Assembly (NCBI GenBank): GCA_011109175.1
Contig: RDEW01000051.1
Span: 180,685-244,684 of the forward strand
Reading direction: 5' to 3'
DNA length: 64,000 nucleotides
Source: Dicyema japonicum
Taxonomy: Eukaryota > Animalia > Dicyemida
The translations under genes were made by a program, and so were the position numbers. This document shows positions 1 through 14,898 of the stretch, one piece after another. Each line of letters begins with the position of its first letter. Position 1 is the first letter of the stretch. The notes beneath the pieces were generated by a model. It was not told the origin of the DNA. It saw only the letters and a list, made by a program, of their open reading frames with translations, and did no database searches.

Positions 1-377
1 AACAAAGTTTATTGGGATGTTCGTGCAGCTTGCAGAACTGAGGAAGAGCCTAGAATGACACAATGACTCTTCCAGAACATCGCGATCATGAGGAGTGACT
101 TGCGTGTTCAATGCCAGCAGGCCAGCATAAACTTGACCGCAAATCAATGATAGGCTTCACATAAGAACAAAAAGCCGAAATAGTGTTTCAGCCCTTCCAC
201 CGAGGAGTAGTAACGTTTCCATTGCTCATCTCAGCTTAGGCAGAACTCTCACCAAGAAGAAAAGGACAGTTATGCTGATTAATCGACTGCTAAGCCGACT
301 CTTAAAAATCAGAATACGGCGAACTGTGACCGTTCAAATATAAATGACGAAAATAACGGTTGTAAAGAATTTTGTAA

Positions 378-1338
378 ATGCGATTTTATAAATTTCTAAT
401 TAAAAAAAAATTTAGAAAATTAATTCCAATTATAATCCTCGTATTTTAATAATTAACGAATAGTCGATTTTCCTCATTTCCTCATTTCGAGCTAAGGTCA
501 TCTACGATTATCAGGTAAAATACAAGTTTCTGTTTGTCGTGATTTCAGGTTAAAATGAACTTGTTATTGATAGAACCAAACACGTGCAGAAAAGGAATGC
601 CATCAGGGAAACATGGGGGGACTTGGTGCTGTTGGGAAGGATGAATTCTAAAATTGTCTTCTTCATCGGACAAAGTAAGCAAAGGGACACGTCGTCGATG
701 ATAGAAAACGAACAAAAATTGCACAAGGACATTGTCATTAATAAAAATTTTATCGAAGATTACCTAAATTTGACACTAAAGGTTGAACAAGCACTCACGT
801 GGGCATTGAATGAGTTCAAAGATTTTGATTACTTCGTCAAAATTGACGACGACGTCCTTTTGAATGTCGAAAATTTTGTCTTTTTTCTGCACAAAAGCAT
901 ACCTAAAAAAATTAACTGCCAGGGTCCGCTCATATTTTGCTCAATCAACGCTTATCTGAAGCCAATAAGAGATCCCGAAAACAAGTGGTACCCTTTGTCT
1001 TATTAAGGTTTATCACTGAGGAGGAATATCCCGACTCAAGTTTCCCTGATTATTGTTCCGGACACGTGTATTTGATATCCAAGCAGGCCATCTCTCAACT
1101 TCTGAATAACTGTAGAAACCAAATCAGACTTAATTTTGACGACGTTTATTTCACCGGTAAATTACTCGGTGATTTGACAGGATTATGCCGAGTCGAAAAT
1201 AATATCCCGCTACTTGCACACCCAAAATTCGAACTTTCGAAGAATTCCAATATCTGCAAGTTTACTGACTATGCCACAAAAGTAAATCACTCCGAGGATT
1301 CTCTGAATGATTTAGTGGAGAAATTAGAAAACTGCTAA
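378..1338 (+). CDS. GT31 family beta-1,3-galactosyltransferase/GlcNAc-transferase (B3GALT/brainiac-like)
   Basis: Motifs RNAIRETWG, YFVKIDDDV and EEYPDSSFPDYCSGHVY. The two ORFs join through a 20-nt intron (gtaccctttgtcttattaag). The N-terminal TM exon and start at 378 are inferred. Confidence 0.85.
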
Positions 1339-1439
1339 TAATCTCGATTTTATAGTAAATGCTCTTCCATTTTTATGAGGATCGATTAGTGGAGCGTAGA
1401 TAAGCGACTTGTGGTTTGCTAATTTTGCGGAAAATCAAT

Positions 1440-2400
1440 TTCGTGGAGTTTAATCATTACATAACTCTTAAAAAATCTACCGTGTAAAAGCTCTCGTCGA
1501 ATGGTCCCCCCTTTTTCACGAGAGCCATAATAGCTCCGCATAGACAGGATACATTGGATGGCAAACGAGATTCGCTCAAATAACTAGCAGCGCCCACGGG
1601 GATCTCCTGTTCGTGTAGAACTCCGATTCCATAGACGACTCGAGAATTCAAGCGTCGCAGGCTAAGGGAAGCAGAACTTATGCTAACTAATCGTTGAGGG
1701 AGACAAGGATGATCCAGCAAATTGTGATGTTTTTGCAAGAGTCCCCATCCCACAATTCTATTAAATTCCTCCAAGGAATAGTTTTTGAATAATTTCTTCA
1801 GTCTTTTCTGGTATCACCTCCATCAATTAGATGAGGGCTTCCATGCCTTCCGAGATAAAGTCCGCATAAGGCACAGCGTCTATCCACCCCTAAAGCCTCA
1901 TTTCTTAGAGTCCCGATTCCAAATGTGCTATAAATAATATGGGAGATAGAGGATCTTATCGTTGTCATGAATGGTTTTGAAAATACTCTTCCACAGAGAT
2001 GATGGTAAGAGGACAGATAACGTGACGAACATGCCATGGAGCAGAGGGAAGTGTCTTGCTTTGACTCAACGTGCACAGATACTTTCTAACATGCGAGATT
2101 GCAGAAGGGCTAGAATGGCACGATGGCTCTTCCAGAATATTGGACTCGTGGTCATGAGGGGTATCTGCGCCGTTCGTTTGACATTCATCTAATTTATTAA
2201 CCCCCGAAGCACTAAAAAGAGTTTTGATCCACTCCTCACCATCGTCCAGATGCTATTCACTCAAAAATTCGTATTACAAAAACATGGGCCTATTTCACTG
2301 CAGAAATCAACAAGGGAATCTCCGGAAAGATTTCTGAATCCTCTTCCATGAAATCCCAAGCAATCCTCACCATTCTTTCATACCTCTGCCTTTGCATTCC
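1440..2400 (-). mobile_element. Decayed non-LTR retrotransposon remnant
   Basis: Broken frames with a LINE-like C-terminal Cys motif (GIGTLR...RRCALCGLYLGRHGSPHL). Shares ttattaacccc-gaa-cac with 29.58 kb and 45.63 kb. Confidence 0.35.
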
Positions 2401-3208
2401 AATCACCACATGAATGTTAGAGTAGATCTGCGCAGGTCCATATATGTTCCACCTATAAAAATTTGTCTCGTTTACCTAACATGATTTTTGTCAAAAAATG
2501 AAGACTGGCAACTTCCAAAATCCATCCAAGATGAGCAAGACGTAAATTTTAAGAAAGTTAGGAAACACCGACTAAAAAATAAAGCTGAAAATTTCATTAT
2601 AATTGAGGGAAAGCTTCATCTGAATCCCCCGAGTCTGGGCATTGTTGAAAAATTCAACGATGAAATCGGATGACAAGAAAGAGTGGAAAAGCATATACGA
2701 AACGTGTTTTTATGCAATCAAACGCCTCACTTTTCCACAGGTAAATTGGTCCTTTTATTTGTTGTAGGTGTTTGTCCGTTTCAGAGATATCGAGGTTCGT
2801 ATTCAGAAAAATTATGCGACTAATCCTTCTCTGCCCCTACAAAAGTTTGAACATCCCTACAAAAATTCTTTCACCGTCGTAGCAGAATTGTCAACAAGTT
2901 GTTAACGTTCAAGGTGAAGTGATAAAAGTCCAGTCAGTCGTCTTGAATGGTTTTGTGTTTTTTTTTTTCAAATGCATAAAATAATCCACAGATTTTTAGA
3001 AATAGTCCGGATGCTTAGAAGTAAAATGTCTATTTAGTTTGCTAGGAACCACAGCATTTTACAAAACTTCCATGCAAATTAGGCATTAAGGTAGTTTCTT
3101 TTTATCATCCATGTCAATCCAATGACAAATAAGAATCTTTATATGAACGACGAACTGATTTATCCATTTTTTAAAAATATTTAAATAAATTCATTCAAAT
3201 TTGTATTT

Positions 3209-3258
3209 GGCTGGAGACACTAGAAATTGTCTCGAGACACACCGTTTGACAATCTCTG
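3209..3258 (-). mobile_element. hAT-like terminal sequence remnant
   Basis: Reverse complement reads cagagattgtcaaacggtgtgtctcgagaca, resembling hAT (Buster/SPIN-type) ends. No clear partner end found. Confidence 0.3.
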
Positions 3259-3354
3259 ATCTAGACGATCTAAAAATAGTTAACTAGGATTATTTTTTAT
3301 CTCTGAAAAATTGATTAATTTTATTTTTTGACAATGATTGACATTTATGAAGTA

Positions 3355-4600
3355 TCACCTTGGCTCGCGACAGATTAAGTTCCCAGTATAAACCCCGTCA
3401 ATGATAAAGTCGGAGAATGACCCCCCACAAGCACATAACTTGTTCTTATCCTCATATTCCACAAAGGGTTTGTGAAATGTGATTACCACTTTGGGAATTG
3501 TCTTAAATGAGTGAAACGATCTTAAAGACCGGTCGAAGAGTGAGATGTAAGCCATAGTTCTAAAAAATCCGTAGTAAACGTTCAAATCCCGGAAAGTCAC
3601 AAATTACGCAAAACCGCGCAAAGTGTGTTATCAGATCTGAGTATGGTGAGTAGTCCTAAGACATTAACGTTGAGTAACCCCAGGATCAGTCACCATGGCT
3701 TTCCTGTCAGAAGCTTGGATCAGGGGGTGATTCCAATTTTTAACATAAAGTATACTCATAAAGACTATTTTGGTAAGAATAACAGTGAATGAGGTGAACA
3801 TGGACAAACAAAGCTTTTTGACAGTGGCATCTAAAAATAGCATTCCGTGGAAAACTGAGATTTTTGGGGGTTCAATTCCGTGCCGTTTTTGCATTTTGGA
3901 CAGGTAATTGTGTTAGGAACCACTATTTGACGACTACTGTACTTCTTTGTGCAACTACTAGCGACAGCGACAATATATTCAGTGAATACTATCAAACCCG
4001 ACGGATCCCCCATCATCAACCACCGAAATATATTAAGTCATTCTGCAAGTCTCCCATTTGGTTTATCTCGATCTAATCTCTTCACTATTATAGATTGGTC
4101 CTCCAAGACAATTCTTAATCACATCTTCCGTCAAACATTCCTTCACATCTGAGGTGAGTCACAAGCTTACCATCAGCATCCTCACAATGATTCACGTGGA
4201 ACTCGTCCATTCCGTCAATTACAAAGTTGGACGCCAAAATGAGCTTTTCCGAACTGCTTTTAATATTCGAATGGTTTCCGTAATAATGATGTTGTAGAAG
4301 AATGGAGTTTGTCCGTAAATATATTTTTGTCGTTTTCGTTCACTTAAAGTCATATTTTGCATTTCATAGTCGCCCTTGCTAACAATCCCCCAAGTTTTTA
4401 TCACTCGACGACAGAACTGTTATATCCGTGGTGGTATGCTCACATCTCAAAATCCGAATATTTAATTTCTTCTGAGTCACATAGTTCTGAACGTTCTTCA
4501 AGTGGTTCATAGTTAACTTGACCACCATAGTCGTCTTCATCATAAACTGTGCATTTTAAGGTTTGTTAGCAATCCTTTAACCTTGTTTATTCTCGTGGAA
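3355..4600 (-). CDS. Class C GPCR-like protein (Cys-rich domain plus partial 7TM), frameshifted or truncated
   Basis: CPKCKNGTELNPQKSQFSTEC Cys-rich stretch, then TM1 and YVKNWNHPLIQASDRK (compare the class C intracellular loop 1 motif TPIVKAS.REL). A TM2-like LILGLLNVNVLGLLTILRSDNTLCAVLR lies in a shifted frame. Boundaries approximate. Confidence 0.5.
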
Positions 4601-5465
4601 GTGGAATGGCTCAGATTTATAAGGGATTGTTTGCCTTAGTCTGGTCTTAGGTCACGTGGATTATCTTTAAAGGAATTTTATTGGTTAATTTTGGAGAACC
4701 AAATCCGACCAAAATCCGTTTGTAAAAGTAACGTTGGGGAACTTTTCCTGGTAGATCAAAAAGTGACCTTTCAACTAAATTTCGTTAAAAGAATGTAAAT
4801 ACGACAGGAAATTTCCGTGATGGTCCGGTTTACTAAATATTTAGAATAAACTAAAGCCACTATTCCGACCATAAAGTCTTCTCCCCCTTCTGGCGGTTAT
4901 TTCCAGGAGCATGACAACTAAGAATCCTTCCTATACAGTAACTAAAGTACCTCACTACTTGATGCATGTATGTAAAGTAAAGCAGATGTTGACTTACTTC
5001 CAATCGGCACCCTTGAAACAGAAATGTTGAGTTACTTCCAATAGTCGGACCCAATACTCATCTTCACCACAACAATTCATCTAATTCGTAATAAATTCTG
5101 CTATCTGGGGATCACTATATCCTTACAAAACTGGGATTCAATCTCTGTGAGACAAGATTCCCCAATGTTAGATCACCTCGATATGATCAAATTTGGTGAC
5201 CTCATCAATTTCGAATATCCAGCACCTCCTGTGATCTTTCTGTTGGTCCTCCATATAAAATCCAAAAAGGATATCTCTCGTCCCTACTCCAATGGAGGGA
5301 TTCCGAAAATGACGGGTATGGATAGACGATGTGCTCGATAAAGACAAGTCTTACTCCTACCGTGGGAACTATATATCTCCATATCTCCCAATCTTAACCT
5401 CTTTCCGGTATTCCCGTTGTTTTTATTAAAATTAACCGCCCTTTTAATCAAAATAACAATTTGAT

Positions 5466-6753
<1,288 letters not shown>

Positions 6754-6789
6754 TTTATCTTGTCTCTAATCGATAACCATATTTACTAT

Positions 6790-9050
6790 TAAAGCTGTAA
6801 TTCAAGTGCGCTTTTATCGGTAATATTCGGCCTAATCAGCATATAGCTTCCTTACATAGAACCATATTAGCTGAATCCTCTGACAGGTGGTCTTCTGAGT
6901 TCTTTAATTTTTGAATGGGCGAGAGTCAAACCTGGATCCTGCATGAAGAGAAAAAAGACTAAGCATACATTCCGTGCAATAGAAGTGCGTCACGACATCT
7001 GCATTAAATATGACTTGATAAATGCAACCCAAAACATCAGGGAAACTCCATCGATGTGTGCAATAACTTGTATAGCCACATACGGAGCTATTTGGTTAAA
7101 GCATTGGTAGTAATAACACCAGAGACTACGGTTACACAAACTACCTAATCACGTGATCCCAGCACGGTCTAGCAGGAACCTCATCTTGCCCCGATGCTCC
7201 TCTTCGTCCCCACACAAGCACGTATCGGTCGAGTGACTGGACCTTCGCAGTCACGACGGCGCGTTCCATGGTTCATTCGTATCAAGGCTTTAAGAGGCAT
7301 TGGTGGCTGGAGTTCTCCAGAGATCCAGCGTTCCGTGATTTTGGAGGCTCTTCTCCGGCTAGCCTCGATCTTCAAGACATTCGTCCAAGAGATCAATGAA
7401 GAGTTTTAGTTTAATTTTGTTTTTTTCATTTAATTATAAAAATGTCTTTTTTAATTTGAAATTTATTAAATATTTTGATAAATTTATTGAACTTTGTGGA
7501 AAAATTATTAAACAAATAGGAAAACCTTGTCTTTATATTATATATTTAAATATTAAATTTTCATGTTATGTTGTTGGTACGATGGTACATTTATTTATTT
7601 ACAACCCAAGACCACGGTAAAACCTAACTAATTATCACGTGATGCATTCTAACAGCGACCTCATCCTGGTGTTCTTCCCTCGTGCCTGCACATGAACGTA
7701 TAGGACGGCTGACAGATTTTTCGGGGCCACATTCCCTTAATTAGGGGGTATTCAAGCATTTCGGATAAATCTTTATATTCACGTTCATTCAAAAAACTGA
7801 TGATCGCCTCATACAATTCTGTTAGAGCCCTTCCTTTCAAAAGCCACCTTATTTCTTGGAAATGTTTTGGAGGAGACTATGCATTACACTATGATTCGTT
7901 TGGGGGTGGATTAACTCTTTAACGTGAGCGACAAATCCTGACCGTTATCAAAGAACAGAAGGAGCTCCGTCTTTTGTCACAGCCAGAGCCCTTCTCGTTG
8001 ATCCCTTTACTTTCTGGCAAGCATTCCTCCGAGGGGTAGATTTTTAAAAAATATAATTTTATTGATTTAATTTAAAATTCATGGGGACCGCCTGATAGAC
8101 GGTGGTTTAGTTTATACTCAATAGAAAAATGAAGATGTAAGGTCAGGGATAGACTTTCCTCTTCCCCCGTTCAGAGGTTACTTACCAGGAGGTTTCGAGT
8201 GCTTCACTAAACTCTTGTTTAAAGGGCAGTAACCTGGATATAATATCTAATATTTAGATCATTTCCGTCTAAAGAACGAGGATACTTTTTTCGTCCGCGT
8301 GGTGGTTGTGCTATGTGGCTAATTGGTTGCAGATTTCTGTATGTTTTGTCTGTTCCTCCTCTTCCCCTTCCAACTATAATGGCGTCATGTGATTCACCTA
8401 TCTCAGGTGGCGCCCAGCGCCAGACTGCCTGGAAAAGGGATCATTTGCTCTCCCCCACTCCACTAGAGCTGTTTCCACAGCTCAAAGAATGACGTCTTTT
8501 ACCCCTTATGCTGGTTCTGACTTTGTTTCTGTGACAGTGGATACTGGATACACTTAGTTGTTTACTGTTAACTCCTTTCTCGGTGTATCCGGGATTAATA
8601 ATAATACTAAGCCATTCCATGTTAGAACTCACAACAAAACCTGAAGTGTTTATAATCCTGCGTTGTTCTACGATTGCCCAGCCAACTCATCGAATACTTA
8701 TCAGCCTTTAATAGAGAAAATCTAGATCAAGATAATCAACTGATGACCCAGATGCATGCTATTTTATTGGAAGTCTTATATAGCCATTCGCATCTTCTCC
8801 ACAACGTCATGTATTGTGGTTATTCCATCTCCTCTACAACTACTGTCTAAGTAGAAGATACTAACGGCATCAATGCCCTTGCTTCCATCCCTATCAGCAA
8901 CCATGAGAATAACTCCCAACCGTCCTCCATAGCAGTAGCCAACAGTTATTTATAACCCTGAAAAACCCCGGGAAATAAGAGCTAAGTATCTTCCATACAT
9001 CTCTACCTCATACGGAATCCTAGTCCGACTACATCATAAAAAATCATCAT
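6790..9050 (-). mobile_element. Fossil LINE (possible endonuclease remnant, RT N-terminus, RT tail)
   Basis: 8330-8630 is homologous to the RT-adjacent segment at 16545-16790 (DKTYRNLQPIS resembles NYRPISL). 7181-7396 has NVLKIEASRRRASK, like a LINE RT tail. 7110-7230 and 7600-7740 match 33670-33820. Confidence 0.55.
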
Positions 9051-9072
9051 ACTACCCTTTATTAAAAATAAT

Positions 9073-9787
9073 TTAAGAACTATTAGGACTACCGACAGCC
9101 TGCATTACAATATTATAAAATTCGCTGTAGGCTACGTCAAAGTCATCATTGACCACCTCCTGGTCGAATATGGACTTGTCTTTATTAACTAAAATTATTT
9201 ATAAAAATACTAATATCCAGGTCACGCTTGGCCCTATCGAGTCTGGCTTTTATGCTTTCTTCAGTCTCTGTGCCTCGTTTAGACAAACGTTCCCTCTAAC
9301 CATATAAATTAGGGGCACCAAAACGTCGAAATCTGGCGGTAAAATTAAAATAAAAAAAGCGGGAAAATCCTTCTGACTCTTTAAATTTTTGACTCCGTTG
9401 ATCTCCACGTCAAGGATACAGATCTTGCCATTCTTCTGAACGTCATCTAAGGCCTTGCGACTGCCATTTACAGACCCCACAAATTACCTTGTGCCGTACT
9501 GATACCCCGAAAACTGGGCATGCTCTATGAATTTATTTTCCCCAATCATTTTTTTGAATTTAGACTCATTGACGAAATAGTAATCTACAATATCGACCCC
9601 CCAGACCTTTCTTATTGACTTCTCCTTTCCTCTTAGGACGTGTCGTGTCTAGGAAATTATCTAGTTAAATACGGGAAACGCTAAATCCCAGATTTTCCCC
9701 ATTTTCCTTCAGGAGTTTTCGCACGAGGGAACTTTTCCCGATTCCAGAGGGACCACTAACGACTATGGACAACATCGCCCTTTTCAT
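9073..9787 (-). CDS. GUK1: Guanylate kinase
   Basis: P-loop [41 protein letters not shown] and [12 protein letters not shown]. Five introns of 24, 22, 27, 23 and 31 nt give a continuous frame. Confidence 0.95.
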
Positions 9788-9879
9788 TAATTACTATTAA
9801 TTTAGATTATTTCAATTTATTTTTTATTATATTTAATTTTTAATTTTTTACAGATTTTCTTTGATCTGTCTTTTGGAAG

Positions 9880-10340
9880 AAATTAACGTTCGCCACGTGG
9901 TGCTACGTCGCTAATTTGTTGAAGTTTTATGTTTGTTTTGTCTGTTCCTCTACTTCCCCTTCCTACTAGAGTGACTTCATGTGATCCACCTATCTCAGGT
10001 GGTGCAGGATGGCACGAAAAATGATAATCTGCTGTCCCCACTCCACTGTAGGTGTTTCCGCACTGCAAGGAATGGACGTCTTTTATCATTTATGCTGGTT
10101 CTGTATGGACTTGTGTGACGTTGAAGGACTCTGTCTCTGTAACAGTGGAAACTGGATATGTTCTTCTAGTTCTGCCCCTCCAAAAGAATCCTATCGCAAA
10201 TTCGTCAAGACATATGTGATTAGTATGATTGATTTTAAACAACACACAAAAATTTGCCAAAAAGTCGGACAAATCAACCGAAATGAGTTCAAGTGGTTGT
10301 CTCGAGTGGTTTATGGGCCTGGTTGACTGAGAGTTCTGCA
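9880..10340 (-). mobile_element. LINE fragment, same family as 8.3-8.6, 16.5-16.8 and 45.8-46.1 kb
   Basis: Shared DNA segment (catgtgatccacctatctcaggtgg...aactggata). Translates as PPEIGGSHEVTLVGRGSRGTDKTNIKLQQIS. Confidence 0.65.
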
Positions 10341-10599
10341 CCCTTTAACTTGAATTGAACTGAATTTGGCATTTACGGAAGAATTTGCCTTGTTATCAAC
10401 GTACATATCATCATATTTACCATCGTCCTATACGAGAAGCTTAGGATAAATGGTAGGGGTACGCCTCATCACGCTGGTTTAGGATGGCGGAGCTAATGAC
10501 GTGGTTAAACCAAACTGGTTAAAGACATGGGTGACTAGTTGTGACTTGCTAACTTTAAGAATCCGGAAAAAATCGTCTCTACCTATCACAAGCAAAACA

Positions 10600-10810
10600 C
10601 GTTGCGAAATCTAAGGAATTTCAACGCCCAAAGAAAAATTAAGGTTATTTGTTTTATTAAGCAGGGAACGGCTTATACGCTGTTGACTGCGAATAAATTC
10701 AGAATTGGCATGTCTATTGAAAAAATAATTATAGGCTGTAACATGCACACTTCGAAAACGAGGATTCCGACGTCTTTCAAAGTCCCCGAATCTGTCCAAT
10801 TTAGATGAAA
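10600..10810 (+). mobile_element. Possible pogo/Tigger HTH remnant
   Basis: RKIKVICFIKQGTAYTLLTANKFRIGMSIEKII loosely resembles a pipsqueak-type HTH. Weak evidence. Confidence 0.2.
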
Positions 10811-10999
10811 AGCAGGAAATCGTCCGTTCCACCGAGAAACTCCTCAGTTGTATCATCAATCGAAACTTTTCGGCGTTTCAGTTTAATGTATTGCAAAGCT
10901 TAGAAAATTCGTGGACCCCTCTCTCACGTTTCTACGAGCCAGGGACTCTGGGAATCTCTACTATGGTCTGGAGTACCACAAGTTTCAGTTTAAATGTGA

Positions 11000-12930
11000 A
11001 TTCTAAACTTATTTGATTTAATATTAGCAGACAGACGGTCGGAGAATTCCATGAGCGTAACAATGCTGAATCCCCAAGTGAAGATGTTGTCCAAGGATAT
11101 CGGATTAATAGCCTTCATAAGACTCACTCAATCTTCAGAAAAGTTGTTGTATTTGACATTTAGTGATAAACTCACGGTCACTCCAGATTGAGGAAACTCA
11201 CGTGTGGCACAAAAAGAATGGGAGTTGGATCGACGTTCATTTCCACCAATCATTATTAGCAACCCCACAATTCTGTTCGAGTTTTGCCAGTAGTGATACA
11301 CCAAGCAAAAAACTATGAATCAATATTTTTAATATTTGACTTTACTAACCAAATCATTCTATCAAAACTACTCACATATGTCACGTGCTTAACAAAAGAT
11401 CCACAATTAATGGGATCTCCCCATGACTCTCACGCCCTTTCGGGGCATTGAACCTAACCCGGGTTATTGGAAAACTTAACAATTCTGCAGCTATACTTCA
11501 ACAGATTCATCTACCTGGTCTCTAACACAGGTTTGGCCTCTATAGAAATAAGCCAAGCCTTTGACAGGACCCCCGTCATGTCCCATGCAACAGGATTACT
11601 TTATCGAATATTCCTTCAATCATTCAGGGATGGATGACTTCCTTTCTGTGTTGCAAGACTCTGTCCAATCGCCCCTCTATTTAATCGTCATTGGAGCAGC
11701 ATACCTGAAACTGAGGATTCCCTTGTTCTCCCCTATGCAGCGGTTTGGGATAGATCACTTCTTCGGCTTCAATTTGACTCCAAAAACACTTGGACTCCCC
11801 GGAGTCATGATTATTAGCAATCCACCACACCCCATCCTTTTCAATATCAAGTGAGACGATTTTTGCTAAACCGACGTCATCTGAATATTGAACCGGAGGA
11901 TAAAATCTTCGGAGAAGTTCTTCCATTCTCAAAAACTCCAAAAATCCTGGCTGTCATTTACCAATCCCTCGAACCACCTTGAACTATGCAAGACGACCTC
12001 CATTGCAGCTAGCAACCTCCAAAAACTTCAAACGGTTTAAAATGGAGCTCTGGACAATTATCGGATGCAACATGTACATCCCCCTCTGACCATTTCCATT
12101 AGGAATCTACCATTCTCACACTGGAGGACCAGTTAAGCATGATTAGCCTACAATTTTTAAATAAAACCACAGATCCAGGTCACCCTTTCTACTTTGACTC
12201 ATTCAACAAATATAGGGAAAATCACTTCCACCATAACGGAATTGTATCGGGAATTAGCGAAGATCCCCCAGTCAACTCACGGAAAATCCAAGGCAAAAAT
12301 CATACATGACCACAAAGGGTTGAGTTGGAACAAGCTACTAGCCCTCCCACGATGGTGGATATCTCGTAGTGCACCCTCGATTGAGAGACATGAGGAGTTT
12401 AGCTCAACTCTTTCTTCCTCAGGGACAAATCAGGATCCTGGGTATCTTCTCAAGACCGCCCTTCGATGATTCTGAGCAAAGTTTTCATCTACCTTGGTCC
12501 TCACTAGTTCATGCTCCTCCTACAAGCTAGTGAAATCGGGGGGTAAGTAACTAATTAAATGTATCCAGCTACCACGGTTCAGTCTCCCTGACTGCGTGGC
12601 TATTCTGTTTCAGGATGGGGAGATTAGATCAAATAAGTCAGCAACATTCATGGAGATCTCCCGTTTGTGTAGAAATTAGATCGATATAATAGCATTTAGA
12701 GTCAAAACAAGCACGTTTCTGAAGTGTCTTGGAGGAACGAATTCGCATGATCTAACCCCACTAGACGAGACTTTTTTGAGGTAGGCACCTGCATATATGG
12801 TGGTCGTTTATGACTGGCATGGCTGTTTTGACCACAAGTCCTCAGAGACCGGATAAGAGATCTGTGAATTCTTTGATGAATATGTCGCTTGTCAATCTTA
12901 TCAAGTGTCGTGATCTTCAAAGATAATTTC
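11000..12930 (-). mobile_element. Heavily decayed LINE reverse transcriptase
   Basis: VQYSDDVGL (YADD-like motif) in ORF 11681-11941, with further degenerate RT-like motifs and many stops. Confidence 0.45.
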
Positions 12931-13109
12931 CAACCTTAATCTATAAGTTTTAATAAAAGTTCCCAGACATCAGAACATTGGTGGACCACCCACGTGGTTA
13001 AAAATCACGACTTAATTATCAATTTAGTAACTCTTCTTAAGACAGTGCTGGCAAGGGATTACATATTTAAATCTTTTTTTGTTAATAAATTGTTATCCCA
13101 TTTAAAAAA

Positions 13110-13898
13110 GACTGGTTCTCAATCTTTTTTCCCGCCACCCATTTTGAAATTTCAACGCCCATCAAAAAATTGCGACCGCCCATGAGTAAATTTAATCTTT
13201 TTAGAATTTTATTAAATTAATTACCCATTTATGTATTCAGCTTTTTAACGAATAGTTTTATTGGAAAAAGAAATAATCAAAACTAATGTGATCCTTGAAA
13301 ATGATGATTTTTAGTCAACGTTGCAATATCGAGCTTGATTCGCTAAAAGTGGAATATCACCTCACACAAATTTCAATTTATTTCGCTCATTTCTCAATAA
13401 ATAATTAAGTGAGCTGAACCTCATTCGACGTTGGAAAGTACAAGATTATGAGACCGAGTTACACAATTTAGGAAACTTCTTTAATCTTAGAATTCTGGCA
13501 AAAATGAGAAATTGAGGTATTCTGAAAGTTAATTTCATCATTTATTATTTTTTTGGGGAGGTGGGGCTTCTAATCTCTCTCTAATTCAGAATCTGAGTTT
13601 AAAATTTTAATTTGACAAGTCAACCATCCAATAATCCTGAAAACGAAAGATTTTCAGATTTGGAAAAATTGGAATAAACCCAAGTGATAAGAATCTGTTT
13701 TGGCAATTAGACTTATCACGAAAAAATTTATTTCACGCTTAATTTGTAGTCTGTGGATATTAAATTTTTATTTTTTTAAATAATAATTTTAATATATTTT
13801 TACTTTTTATTTTTTGTTCTTTTTATAAAAATAAAAAAATCAATAATTAAAAATCCCACCGCCCATTTGAGCGATATCGTCCAGACTGAGAACCACTG
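13110..13898. mobile_element. Internally deleted hAT (Buster/Charlie-type) element or MITE
   Basis: Imperfect TIRs gactggttctcaatct ... agactgagaaccactg (13/16 match). Subterminal cccaccgccca and internal aaagtacaagatta-gaga-cgagtt-cacaattt are shared with 21.7-22.6 kb. No clean 8-bp TSD. Confidence 0.6.
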
Positions 13899-13949
13899 CT
13901 TTAAGATACAAAATGTTAAATTAGTGATTCAATCCTTCAACCCCTTTAT

Positions 13950-14739
13950 ACGAACTTCCATTAATATCTTCAATTTCCCGAGGAATCGACAAGATCAATT
14001 GAAAGGGACCATTTCTGACAGTTGAGAAAGTTGTGACAGTACAGCGAATCTCCACGAACTACTGAGTCAGATTTGTTTCCAAATTTTTGAAACAAGGTGT
14101 TCATGGCGGTAACAGTAGACAGGACTTCCCACATGACAGAAACAGTGTGTTAGTGTAGGCTGGATGAGGATGTGACTATCATTCTATATCAAACGGCTAT
14201 AAATGTTCAACAGGATTTCCATAACCTTAGACCGCAGTTGATAGATGTTCCTTGGGATTTTCATTATACATTGAAAGTGGGGACCAATGATGTCAAATGC
14301 TAAAACTCACTTCGCCCACAGCATGCTAGCTATGGGGCCACACTGCACGTTGGTGGTTGTAAATTTGCACAACACTATATCTTTCCAAAATGGTTAGAAT
14401 TATGTTGTACAAAAGTGAGAGAGGGTAAGGTATCTTCACGGGTGGACCAATGAGGAAGGCCAGCGCCGCTGCGGAGACGTTGAGGCAAACCCTGGACCAG
14501 CCAGAATAGGGTAAGGTAACCACGATCATTGAAAGCTTTAGTTCATCCTCTTCAACGATGAAGAACCTTAGAAGGAAGTTTTTTTTCCGAATGGAAGCCT
14601 TTCCTTCAGAAAACTCCATGTTTTGGTATGAGTTTGAGTCGATGCTTCGTTTCCGGTCAAATTCGACATCGAACTCTAGAGATTTTTGCAATTTGTTGAG
14701 TTGCAATAATTTTTCTTTAGTAAGTACAACAAGATCCAT
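13950..14739 (-). CDS. Hypothetical protein (probably spliced)
   Basis: 137-aa ORF starting just after an AT-rich island, like the other genes here. No family recognised; 3' end uncertain. Confidence 0.35.
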
Positions 14740-14797
14740 TTTCCACTCGAAAATTAATTATAATTATTTGTTTAATTTTTAATCAATTGCCAGAAAG

Positions 14798-14898
14798 AAA
14801 AGGGATCAACGAGAAGGGTTATGGCTAAGACAAAGGATTGGAATAGCCATACTCCGAGGGAACTCGTTCGCAATCCATGCAGCAGGCTTCCTCAACTG
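14798..14898 (+). mobile_element. 3' end of a CRE/SLACS-clade non-LTR retrotransposon
   Basis: Translates KRDQREGLWLRQRIGIAILRGNSFAIHAAGFLN*, matching the QRxSxAxQRGNA C-terminal motif of CRE-like elements. Confidence 0.55.

Noticed and set aside
2488-2880. LTR-retrotransposon integrase zinc-binding remnant or small gene
   Set aside because: Only vague similarity, with in-frame stops and no supporting gag/RT/LTR sequence.
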